This document shows, in pieces, positions 34,955 to 42,167 of a stretch of DNA of 42,167 nucleotides; the stretch's first letter is position 1, and every line of letters starts with the position of its first letter. Source of the stretch: a virus (Duplodnaviria > Caudoviricetes); IMG/VR virus record IMGVR_UViG_3300032288_001600, positions 1 through 42,167 of that record. The stretch is one strand, 5' to 3'. The notes under the pieces are model-generated. The model searched no databases, had not been told where the DNA came from, and worked only from the letters and a program-made list of their open reading frames with translations. The position numbers and the translations under genes are program-made.

Positions 34955-35299
34955 ATGAGCAACTTTGATCCGCTGGATCTACGAGGACAAGAACGCGCCA
35001 AGGAGCAATCCGACGAGCGCAACAAGCTCGTCCTCGATCAAGAGAAAGATGATTTCAAGTGGCTCATGGGAAGCAAGAGAGGACGTCGCATAGTGTGGCG
35101 TCTGCTGGAGCGTACCGGTGTGTTTCGTACCTCGTTCACGGGCAACAGCGAGACCTTCTTCCGGGAAGGTCAGCGCAATGTCGGTCTGATGCTCATGGCT
35201 CAGATTCACGAGGTGTGTCCAGACCAGTACGCAGTAATGCTCAAGGAGCAATCAAATGTCAGAACCAACGCTGATGACCGACGCCACAACGACCACTGA
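34955..35299 (+). CDS. Bbp19-like head protein
   Basis: DFKWLMGSKRGRRIVWRLL…FFREGQRNVGL; lies between portal and scaffold. Confidence 0.85.
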   Translation: MSNFDPLDLRGQERAKEQSDERNKLVLDQEKDDFKWLMGSKRGRRIVWRLLERTGVFRTSFTGNSETFFREGQRNVGLMLMAQIHEVCPDQYAVMLKEQSNVRTNADDRRHNDH

Positions 35300-35930
35300 C
35301 GGCGCAACATCGCAACCCGCAACCACCGACGCAGCAGCGGCTCCGGCCAACACAGCGCCAGCGGACGCGGGACAACAGCAGCAAACCTCTGCGGCAGATT
35401 CAACCCAGGATGCAGCAAACACTGCCGAGGGTGATGGCCAAGCGGGCGACAAGGGAACGACGGACACCAAGCCTGACGTCCCAGAGAAGTATGAGTTCAC
35501 CATGCCTGAGAACGTCAAGATGGACGAGGCAGCGGTGAATGCCTTCTCGGAATTCGCCAAGGAAGCCGGATTAAGCCAAGAGGCCGCGCAGAAGATGATC
35601 GACAAGATGGCCCCCGCCATGCAGGCACGGCAAGCCGAATCGCTCAATGCGATCCGCGAATCTTGGGGAGAGTCTTCCAAAGCCGACAAGGAGTTCGGGG
35701 GCGACAAGCTCACGGAAAACCTGGCGGTGGCCAAGAAGGCAATGGACGCCTTTGGGACGCCAGAACTGCGCTCGCTGCTCAATGAGTCTGGTCTAGGGAA
35801 TCATCCCGAAATCATTCGGGCTTTTTACCGGGCCGGTAAGTCAATCAGTGAAGATCGTTTTGTGCCCTCGGGCCAGGGCGGTCGCACAGGGGGGAAAGAT
35901 CCAGCGTCTTCCCTGTATCCGAATCAGTAA
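35256..35930 (+). CDS. Capsid scaffolding protein
   Basis: Disordered Thr/Ala/Gln N-terminus; PEKYEF…GLSQEAAQK…GLGNHPEIIR…ISED…LYP; directly before the major capsid gene. Confidence 0.85.
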   Translation: MSEPTLMTDATTTTDGATSQPATTDAAAAPANTAPADAGQQQQTSAADSTQDAANTAEGDGQAGDKGTTDTKPDVPEKYEFTMPENVKMDEAAVNAFSEFAKEAGLSQEAAQKMIDKMAPAMQARQAESLNAIRESWGESSKADKEFGGDKLTENLAVAKKAMDAFGTPELRSLLNESGLGNHPEIIRAFYRAGKSISEDRFVPSGQGGRTGGKDPASSLYPNQ

Positions 35931-35949
35931 CTCGAAAGGAAAATAAACC

Positions 35950-36969
35950 ATGGCAACCTTGTCTACCACCGCCCTGACCCTCGCGGACTGGGCCAAACGC
36001 ATTGACCCCGAAGGTCGTGTACCCGTCGTCGCTGAACTGCTCTCCCAGTCCAACGAAATTCTCGAAGACGCCGTCTTCATGGAAGGCAACCTGCCAACCG
36101 GCCACCGCGTTGTCATCCGCACCGGCTTGCCCACCGTCTACTGGCGTGCCATCAACCAAGGTATCCCCACCAGCAAATCGACCACTGCACAAGTGGACGA
36201 GAGCTGCGGTATGTTGGAAGCCTACAGCGAGGTCGACAAAGACTTGGCCGAGTTGAACGGCAACACCGCTCAGTTCCGCTTGTCCGAAGACACCGCCTTC
36301 CTTGAGTCCATGAACCAGACTCAAGCGCAGACCATGTTCTACGGCAACCCCGGCACTGACCCCAAGCAATACCTGGGTTTGGCCTCACGCTACAGCTCTT
36401 TGTCTGGCGGCAACGCGCAGAACATTTTGTCTGCCGGTGGCTCTGGCTCCGACAACACCTCCATCTACTTGGTGGTGTGGGGCGACCAGACCGTGTTCTG
36501 CCCCTTCCCTAAAGGCTCCAAGGCTGGCTTGATCCACGAAGACCTCGGTTTGAACACCGTGTGGGATTCTGCTGGCGCTCGCTACCAAGCCTACCGCACC
36601 CACTACCAGTGGAAAAACGGCCTGGTCGTCAAAGACTGGCGCTATGTTGTTCGCATCGCGAACATCGACGTGTCCGACTTGATCGGCCAAACCGGCACAC
36701 AAGCCTCCACCGCTGCCACCAACATCATCAAGCTGATGGCCCGCGCTTTGTATCGCATCCCCAACATGTCCATGGGACGCCCCGCGTTCTACATGAACCG
36801 CACTGTGCACTCTGGCATGGCCTTGGCCGCGCTGGACAAGAGCCAGTACGTGTTGAAGATCGAGCAAGGCTTGACTCAGTTTGGCCAACCCAATAGCTGG
36901 TTGTCCTTCCTGGGCGTACCTTTGCGCCGCGTTGATTCGTTGTTGAACACCGAATCTGTCGTGTCCTAA
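35950..36969 (+). CDS. Major capsid protein (BPP-1/epsilon15 type)
   Basis: TLADWAKR…ELLSQSNEIL…EGNLPTGH…RTGLP…DWRYVVRIANID…GVPLRRVD; strong AAAGGA RBS. Confidence 0.95.
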   Translation: MATLSTTALTLADWAKRIDPEGRVPVVAELLSQSNEILEDAVFMEGNLPTGHRVVIRTGLPTVYWRAINQGIPTSKSTTAQVDESCGMLEAYSEVDKDLAELNGNTAQFRLSEDTAFLESMNQTQAQTMFYGNPGTDPKQYLGLASRYSSLSGGNAQNILSAGGSGSDNTSIYLVVWGDQTVFCPFPKGSKAGLIHEDLGLNTVWDSAGARYQAYRTHYQWKNGLVVKDWRYVVRIANIDVSDLIGQTGTQASTAATNIIKLMARALYRIPNMSMGRPAFYMNRTVHSGMALAALDKSQYVLKIEQGLTQFGQPNSWLSFLGVPLRRVDSLLNTESVVS

Positions 36970-36996
36970 TCCATCGAAACGAAAGGAAACTGAACC

Positions 36997-37431
36997 ATGA
37001 TTACCGATAAATTCCTGCGCGTTTCGGACGCGCAAGCTCTCACCACTACCGCAGTGTCGACCGACAAGGTTGACCTGTCACAAGCCCGCGACATTGGCGA
37101 AGGCGATGACCTGTACATGGTCTTCACCGTCGGCACTGCCTTGGCTGGCGGCACATCGGTCAACTTCCAAGTGACCGTGGCTGACGATGCTGCATTGAGC
37201 ACCAACGCCACCACCATCGGCATGTCTGGTGTCATCGCAACTGCTTCGCTGGTTGCTGGTGCACAGTTCAGCGTGCGACTGAATCCTCAGATCGCATCGT
37301 TGGGCCGTCGCTACTTGGGTGCCACCTACACCATCGTGGGTACGTTCACTGCCGGTACAGTTACTGCCGACATCGTGACCGACATCCAGGACGGCAAGAA
37401 GTTCTACGCTTCTGGCTTCAGCGTGGTCTAA
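36997..37431 (+). CDS. Capsid cement/decoration protein (Bbp16-like)
   Basis: MITDKFLRVSDAQ…STDKVDL…RDIGEG…RYLGATYT…GTVTA; directly after the major capsid gene. Confidence 0.85.
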   Translation: MITDKFLRVSDAQALTTTAVSTDKVDLSQARDIGEGDDLYMVFTVGTALAGGTSVNFQVTVADDAALSTNATTIGMSGVIATASLVAGAQFSVRLNPQIASLGRRYLGATYTIVGTFTAGTVTADIVTDIQDGKKFYASGFSVV

Positions 37432-37458
37432 ACCTACAAAACCTGAGAGGAGAAAACA

Positions 37459-37650
37459 ATGGCGCAATACCGCGTGCTCACAAAATCGTTCATCAACAAT
37501 GCCATCCGCGAAGAGGGCGATGTCGTCGAATACGACGGCCAGCCTGGCTCAAATCTGGAATTGATCGAGGACGACAAGCCCAAGTCCCAAAAGGGCAAGG
37601 GCAACAAGGGCGCGGTTGCGTCCGAATCTCAGGAGCAGGACGGGGAGTAA
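37459..37650 (+). CDS. Small hypothetical virion protein (63 aa)
   Basis: AGGAG RBS; YRVLTKSFINN…EGDVVEYDG.PGSNLE. Confidence 0.75.
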   Translation: MAQYRVLTKSFINNAIREEGDVVEYDGQPGSNLELIEDDKPKSQKGKGNKGAVASESQEQDGE

Positions 37651-37676
37651 TCCTCCCCTTCTGCGGGTTGAACCAG

Positions 37677-37701
37677 AGGGGGGCACGCGCCCCCCTTTTT
37701 T
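37677..37701 (+). terminator. Rho-independent terminator after the capsid genes
   Basis: AGGGGGGC-ACGC-GCCCCCC-TTTTTT. Confidence 0.85.
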
Positions 37702-37714
37702 CTAAAGGCACGTC

Positions 37715-38383
37715 ATGGCATCTGAAGTCGACATCTGCAATTTAGCGCTGGGCCATCTGGGCGATTCAGCCACCGTGTCCAGCATCGATCCCCCCGAGGG
37801 CAGCGCTCAAGCCGAGCACTGCGCACGTTTCTACCCCATCGCACGCGACTCACTCCTCGAGTTGCATGCGTGGAACTTTGCCACCACACGCGCCACCCTG
37901 GCGCTGCTAGGTTCAGCCTGGCCCGAGTGGCAATACTGCTACGCCACCCCAGGCGATGCGGTCAATATCCTGGCCATCCTGGCAGACAATGCCACCGATG
38001 ACTACAGCGTGGCCAACAACTACGGCTTCACGCAAACCGGCCTCCCGCTCGTGGGTTCTGGCACATACACCCCACAGACCTACTCGCAAGAGACCTTGTC
38101 AGACGGCACGCTGGTGATCTACACCAACCAGGAAAACGCCGTGTGCCGCTACACCCGCACCATCACCGACACCACCGTGTTCTCGCCGCTGTTTGTCGAT
38201 GCGCTCGCCTGGTACTTGGCGAGCTACCTGGCTGGACCCATCATCAAGGGCGATGCCGGTGCAGCCGAGGCCAAGCGCTGCATGGCCAATGCCGTGGGCA
38301 TGATGAGTAAGGCCACCGTGTCGGACGCCAATCAGCGTCGCACCAATATCGCCCAAAACGTGGGCTGGATCGCAGGACGCTAA
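37715..38383 (+). CDS. Tail adaptor (tail tubular protein A-like)
   Basis: MASEVDICNLALGHLG…YPIARDSLLE.HAWNFA…FSPLFVDAL…LA. Confidence 0.88.
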   Translation: MASEVDICNLALGHLGDSATVSSIDPPEGSAQAEHCARFYPIARDSLLELHAWNFATTRATLALLGSAWPEWQYCYATPGDAVNILAILADNATDDYSVANNYGFTQTGLPLVGSGTYTPQTYSQETLSDGTLVIYTNQENAVCRYTRTITDTTVFSPLFVDALAWYLASYLAGPIIKGDAGAAEAKRCMANAVGMMSKATVSDANQRRTNIAQNVGWIAGR

Positions 38384-38386
38384 CCC

Positions 38387-40834
38387 ATGGCCAACATTCG
38401 CACGCTCACTCGCTCCTTCGGTGGTGGCGAACTCACGCCCGAGTTCTTTGGCCGCATCGATGACGCCAAGTACCAATCGGGCCTGGCGTTGTGTCGCAAC
38501 TTCATCACGCTGCCCCATGGGCCTGCGGCCAACCGCCCAGGATTTGCCTACGTGCGAGCGGTGAAGACCAGTGCCAAGCGCACCCGGTTGATCCCCTTTG
38601 CCTACAGCACCACGCAAACCATGGTGCTCGAGTTTGGCGACGGCTACGTGCGATTCCACACTCAAGGGGCCACGCTTAACGTGGGCAGCGTCACCGCCTG
38701 GGTGACCTCTACGGCCTACGTGATCGGTGATCTGCGCTCCAACGGAGGCACGAACTACTACTGCACCACCGCGCACACTTCGGGCACATTTGCCACCGAC
38801 CTATCAGCAGGCAAGTGGTATGCGTTGACCGGCACGATCTACGAGATCCCCACGCCCTACGCTGAAGCGGACCTTTTCGACCTGCACTACGTGCAATCAG
38901 CCGACGTGCTGACGATCTGCCACCCTAACTACGCACCGCGTGAGCTGCGCCGTTACGGGGCCACCAACTGGCAACTGGCCACCATCTCGTTCACCTCCAG
39001 CCTGGCCGCACCCACGGGCGTGTCGGCAGCCGCGACCGGCTCGGGCACAGTGAGCTACAAGTACGTGGTCACCGCCGTGGGCGACAACGGCATCGATGAG
39101 TCGCTCGCATCCTCTATTGCCACCGTGAGCAACAATCTGCTCACCACCGGCAACTACAACACCGTGAGCTGGACCGCCGTGTCTGGAGCCAAGCGCTACA
39201 ACGTGTTCAAGTTCTCAGGTGGCTTGTACGGTTACATCGGCCAATCCTCGGGCACGACCTTCGTGGACGACAACGTGACCGCCGACATGGGCAAAACACC
39301 GCTGGAGTCCTACAACCCGTTTGCAAGCTCTGGCAACTACCCAGGGGCGGTGTCCTACTACGAGCAGCGTCGCTGCTTTGCAGGCACGACCAACGCACCG
39401 CAGAACATTTGGATGACACGCACGGGCACGGAATCCAACATGAGCTACGCGCTGCCCATCCAGGATGATGACTCGATCAACTTCCGCGTCGCAGCGCGTG
39501 AGGCCAACACGATCCGACACATCGTGCCGCTCACCAACCTGGTGCTGCTCACAAGCTCCGCAGAGTGGCGCGTGACCAGTGTCAACTCGGATGCCATCAC
39601 ACCGACCACCGTGTCGGTTAAACCACAGTCCTATGTGGGCGCATCCAACGTGCAGCCCGTGGTGATCAACAACCAGATGATCTACGCCGCTGCACGCGGT
39701 GGCCACATGCGCGAGCTGGCCTACTCCTGGCAAGCCTCGGGCTTTGTCACCGGCGACTTGTCGCTGCGTGCCCCGCATCTGTTTGACAACCTCACGGTTT
39801 CCGACCTGTGCTACGCCAAGGCTCCGCAGCCCATCGTGTGGGCCGTGTCGTCCAATGGCAAGCTCTTGGGTCTGACCTACGTGCCCGAGCAGCAGGTCGG
39901 TGCGTGGCATCAGCACGACACCGATGGCACTTTCGAGAGCTGCTGCGTGGTCGCAGAGGGCAACGAGGACGTGCTCTACGTCGTGGTCAAGCGCTTGATC
40001 AATGGCAGCTCAGTGCGCTACGTCGAGCGCATGAGTTCGCGTCAGTTCACCACCCAGTCGGACGCCTTCTTTGTGGACTCGGGTGTCACCTTCAACGCAG
40101 CCAACACGAGCGCCACCACGGTCACCGTGACCGGTGGCACGCTGTGGAACGGCAGCGAGGATCTGACCATCACGGCCAGCGCGGCATTGTTTGCCTACCC
40201 TGGCACGACCGACGTGAATGACGCCATCGTGTTCACCGACGCCGATGGCACGAGCTACCGCCTCACCATCTATCAAACCAACAGCACCACCGTGGCCAAG
40301 GCCCGCGTGGAAGGCACGCTGCCTGCGGCCTACCGCAACACCGCCACCGCGTCGTTCTCCTTTGCACGCGACTCGATCAGTGGACTCACCTGGCTTGAAG
40401 GCAAGACGGTCAACATCCTGGCCGATGGCGCGGTGCACCCGCAGCGCGTGGTCACCAGTGGCGCGATCAGCCTGGTGCGGGCCTCGAGCAAGGTGCAGAT
40501 CGGATTGCCCATCACGGCGGATCTGAACACGCTGCCTTGGTGGGCGCAGGTCGATGCAGCCTTTGGCCAGGGGCGCACCAAGAACGTCAACAAGGTGTGG
40601 CTGCGTGTGTATCGCAGCTCGGGCATCTTTGCTGGTCCCGACTCGGACAACCTAACCGAGGCCAAGCAACGCTCGACTGAAAACTACGGGTTGCCACCGG
40701 CGCTTAAATCGGACGAGATCCAGATCAACATCACCCCGCAGTGGAACAACTCGGGCCAGGTGTTTGTACGCCAGGCCGACCCGCTGCCCCTCACGGTGGT
40801 ATCGATGACGCTGGAAGTTGCGATTGGCGCATAA
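38387..40834 (+). CDS. Tail nozzle (tail tubular protein B-like)
   Basis: 815 aa; SFGGGELTP…GR.D, YVQSADV, YPGAVSYYEQR, W-H-H motif, Q..PLPLTV at the C-terminus. Confidence 0.9.
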   Translation: MANIRTLTRSFGGGELTPEFFGRIDDAKYQSGLALCRNFITLPHGPAANRPGFAYVRAVKTSAKRTRLIPFAYSTTQTMVLEFGDGYVRFHTQGATLNVGSVTAWVTSTAYVIGDLRSNGGTNYYCTTAHTSGTFATDLSAGKWYALTGTIYEIPTPYAEADLFDLHYVQSADVLTICHPNYAPRELRRYGATNWQLATISFTSSLAAPTGVSAAATGSGTVSYKYVVTAVGDNGIDESLASSIATVSNNLLTTGNYNTVSWTAVSGAKRYNVFKFSGGLYGYIGQSSGTTFVDDNVTADMGKTPLESYNPFASSGNYPGAVSYYEQRRCFAGTTNAPQNIWMTRTGTESNMSYALPIQDDDSINFRVAAREANTIRHIVPLTNLVLLTSSAEWRVTSVNSDAITPTTVSVKPQSYVGASNVQPVVINNQMIYAAARGGHMRELAYSWQASGFVTGDLSLRAPHLFDNLTVSDLCYAKAPQPIVWAVSSNGKLLGLTYVPEQQVGAWHQHDTDGTFESCCVVAEGNEDVLYVVVKRLINGSSVRYVERMSSRQFTTQSDAFFVDSGVTFNAANTSATTVTVTGGTLWNGSEDLTITASAALFAYPGTTDVNDAIVFTDADGTSYRLTIYQTNSTTVAKARVEGTLPAAYRNTATASFSFARDSISGLTWLEGKTVNILADGAVHPQRVVTSGAISLVRASSKVQIGLPITADLNTLPWWAQVDAAFGQGRTKNVNKVWLRVYRSSGIFAGPDSDNLTEAKQRSTENYGLPPALKSDEIQINITPQWNNSGQVFVRQADPLPLTVVSMTLEVAIGA

Positions 40835-40867
40835 GGTGCGCGTGTGGCCCTGGTAACAGGGTATTTT
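40835..40867 (+). promoter_or_regulatory. Putative late promoter, copy 5 (internal virion protein operon)
   Basis: GGTGCGCGT-N18-TATTTT, directly after the nozzle stop codon. Confidence 0.7.
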
Positions 40868-40893
40868 CTGGGGTATTGAAAGAAGGCGCAGCC

Positions 40894-41445
40894 ATGTCAT
40901 TTGCCATTTCAGCAATCACTATCCAAGGAGCCGGAGTCTTGAGCAGCGCCATGGGCGCTCGCAACGCCGCCATTGGCCAGCGAAATGCGCTCAACTTCCA
41001 GGCCGACATGTCGGACATCAACGCCCGCATGGCTGAACAATCAGCCCAGTCGGCGTTGCTCGCAGGACAACGCCAGGAGCAACGCGTGCGCATGCAAGCT
41101 GCCCGCGTGAAAGGCTCACAGAAGACCTCGCTTGCCGCCAACGGCATCGACATTGCAGGCTCGGACTTGTCCGCCCGCATCCTGGGCAGCACCGAGTTCA
41201 TGGCTCAGTCCGATGCGCTCACCATCAACTCCAATGCCACGCAACAAGCCGAGGCGATGCGCATGCAAAAGGTCAACGCCAGCAATGACGCCAACTTGAA
41301 GCGTGCCACCGCCGAGGGCATCAGCCCTGACTCGGCCTTCTCCTCGAGCCTGATCAGCGGCGCTTCGCAAGTGTCCAGCAACTGGTACATGATGAACAAG
41401 TCTGGCGCGTTTGACCAGGGCTTGAAAAACTGGGGCTTCAAATAA
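40894..41445 (+). CDS. Small internal virion (ejection) protein, 183 aa
   Basis: ATG at 40894; Ala/Gln/Ser-rich with Q..SLAANGID..GS motif; located after the nozzle gene. Confidence 0.8.
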   Translation: MSFAISAITIQGAGVLSSAMGARNAAIGQRNALNFQADMSDINARMAEQSAQSALLAGQRQEQRVRMQAARVKGSQKTSLAANGIDIAGSDLSARILGSTEFMAQSDALTINSNATQQAEAMRMQKVNASNDANLKRATAEGISPDSAFSSSLISGASQVSSNWYMMNKSGAFDQGLKNWGFK

Positions 41446-42167
41446 TGCCACGCGTTCCAACCTACGACGACTTCCAAGCCTCACCCCAGGTGCTGGGCCC
41501 CACTCGTGTCGATGCACCCATGTCGCCTGCCATGGCCGCGATCCCCGGCCAACAGCAACAGCAGTACGGCCAGGCGCTCCAGCAAAGCGGAAATGCGCAA
41601 GCGCAGATCGCGCTAGACATCCAAAAGGATGTGAACGATGCCGCGACCAAAGAAGCCGACAACGCCGCAGCACAAGCGGTCAACACGCTGCTGCACGACC
41701 CCAAGTCGGGCTACCTCAACACCCAGGGCAAAGAGGCGCTAGAGCGGCGCGAGGATGCACAAAAGTACATCCAGGATTCGCTCGACAAAGCAGGGGAGAG
41801 CCTGACCAACGACATGCAGCGACGCATGTTCACGGATGTGGCACGTCGTCGCCTGCTGATGGCGCAAGAGCAGATCAATGTGCACGCTGCTGCGCAGACC
41901 AAGGTCTACAACGAGACCGAGACCACCAAGCGCATCGACAACTCGCGCAAGGACGCCGTGGCCAACTGGGCGCTGTGGAACACCGGCAAGGTGCTTGAAG
42001 ACGGCACGAAAGAACCCAACGCTTTCAGCACCGCCAAGGCCACCATGCTGGCCGAGGCCAATCACCTGGCTGCGATGAAAGGCTTTGGCCCCGACTCGGA
42101 AACCGCCAAGAGCTTGCGCTTGGGCCAGACCACAACCTTGCATGGCGACATTCTGAACACCATGCTG
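41445..42167 (+). CDS. N-terminal part of the internal virion protein that continues at 1..1269
   Basis: TAATG overlap; MPRVPTYDD…LHDPKSGYLNTQGKEAL…; open to the end of the window (not in the ORF track). Confidence 0.85.
   Translation, partial: MPRVPTYDDFQASPQVLGPTRVDAPMSPAMAAIPGQQQQQYGQALQQSGNAQAQIALDIQKDVNDAATKEADNAAAQAVNTLLHDPKSGYLNTQGKEALERREDAQKYIQDSLDKAGESLTNDMQRRMFTDVARRRLLMAQEQINVHAAAQTKVYNETETTKRIDNSRKDAVANWALWNTGKVLEDGTKEPNAFSTAKATMLAEANHLAAMKGFGPDSETAKSLRLGQTTTLHGDILNTML
42150..42167 (+). repeat. Terminal direct repeat, copy of 1-18
   Basis: Exact 18-bp match. Confidence 0.95.

Overview
This window is an apparently complete, circularly permuted genome of about 42.15 kb from a dsDNA tailed phage. 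Bases 1-18 repeat at 42150-42167, and one ORF reads through that junction. The virion module is BPP-1/epsilon15-like (podovirus): terminase, portal, scaffold, capsid, cement, tail adaptor and nozzle, three internal proteins including a ~2,850-aa polyvalent protein, tail fibres and a lysis cassette with Rz/Rz1. It also has a leftward early recombination operon, a cI/cro-like switch, a primase-helicase and an origin-like repeat region. The host is probably a betaproteobacterium (inference). Main finding: the phage looks temperate but has no recognisable integrase. Where an integrase would sit there is a dif-like XerCD site (18188-18215; intact XerC arm and spacer, degenerate XerD arm) next to an HTH+DUF3653-like (XafT-like) gene under repressor operators. 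This suggests a tailed phage that integrates at the host dif site by a TLC-type Xer-hijacking route. Other highlights: (i) an apparent overprinted 72-aa gene nested in the giant polyvalent gene; (ii) five copies of a GGTGCGCGT-N18-(T/C)AnnnT late-promoter motif with a candidate HTH activator; (iii) a family of 19-bp operators outlining the regulatory circuit. All family assignments come from motif recognition by eye; no database searches were run.
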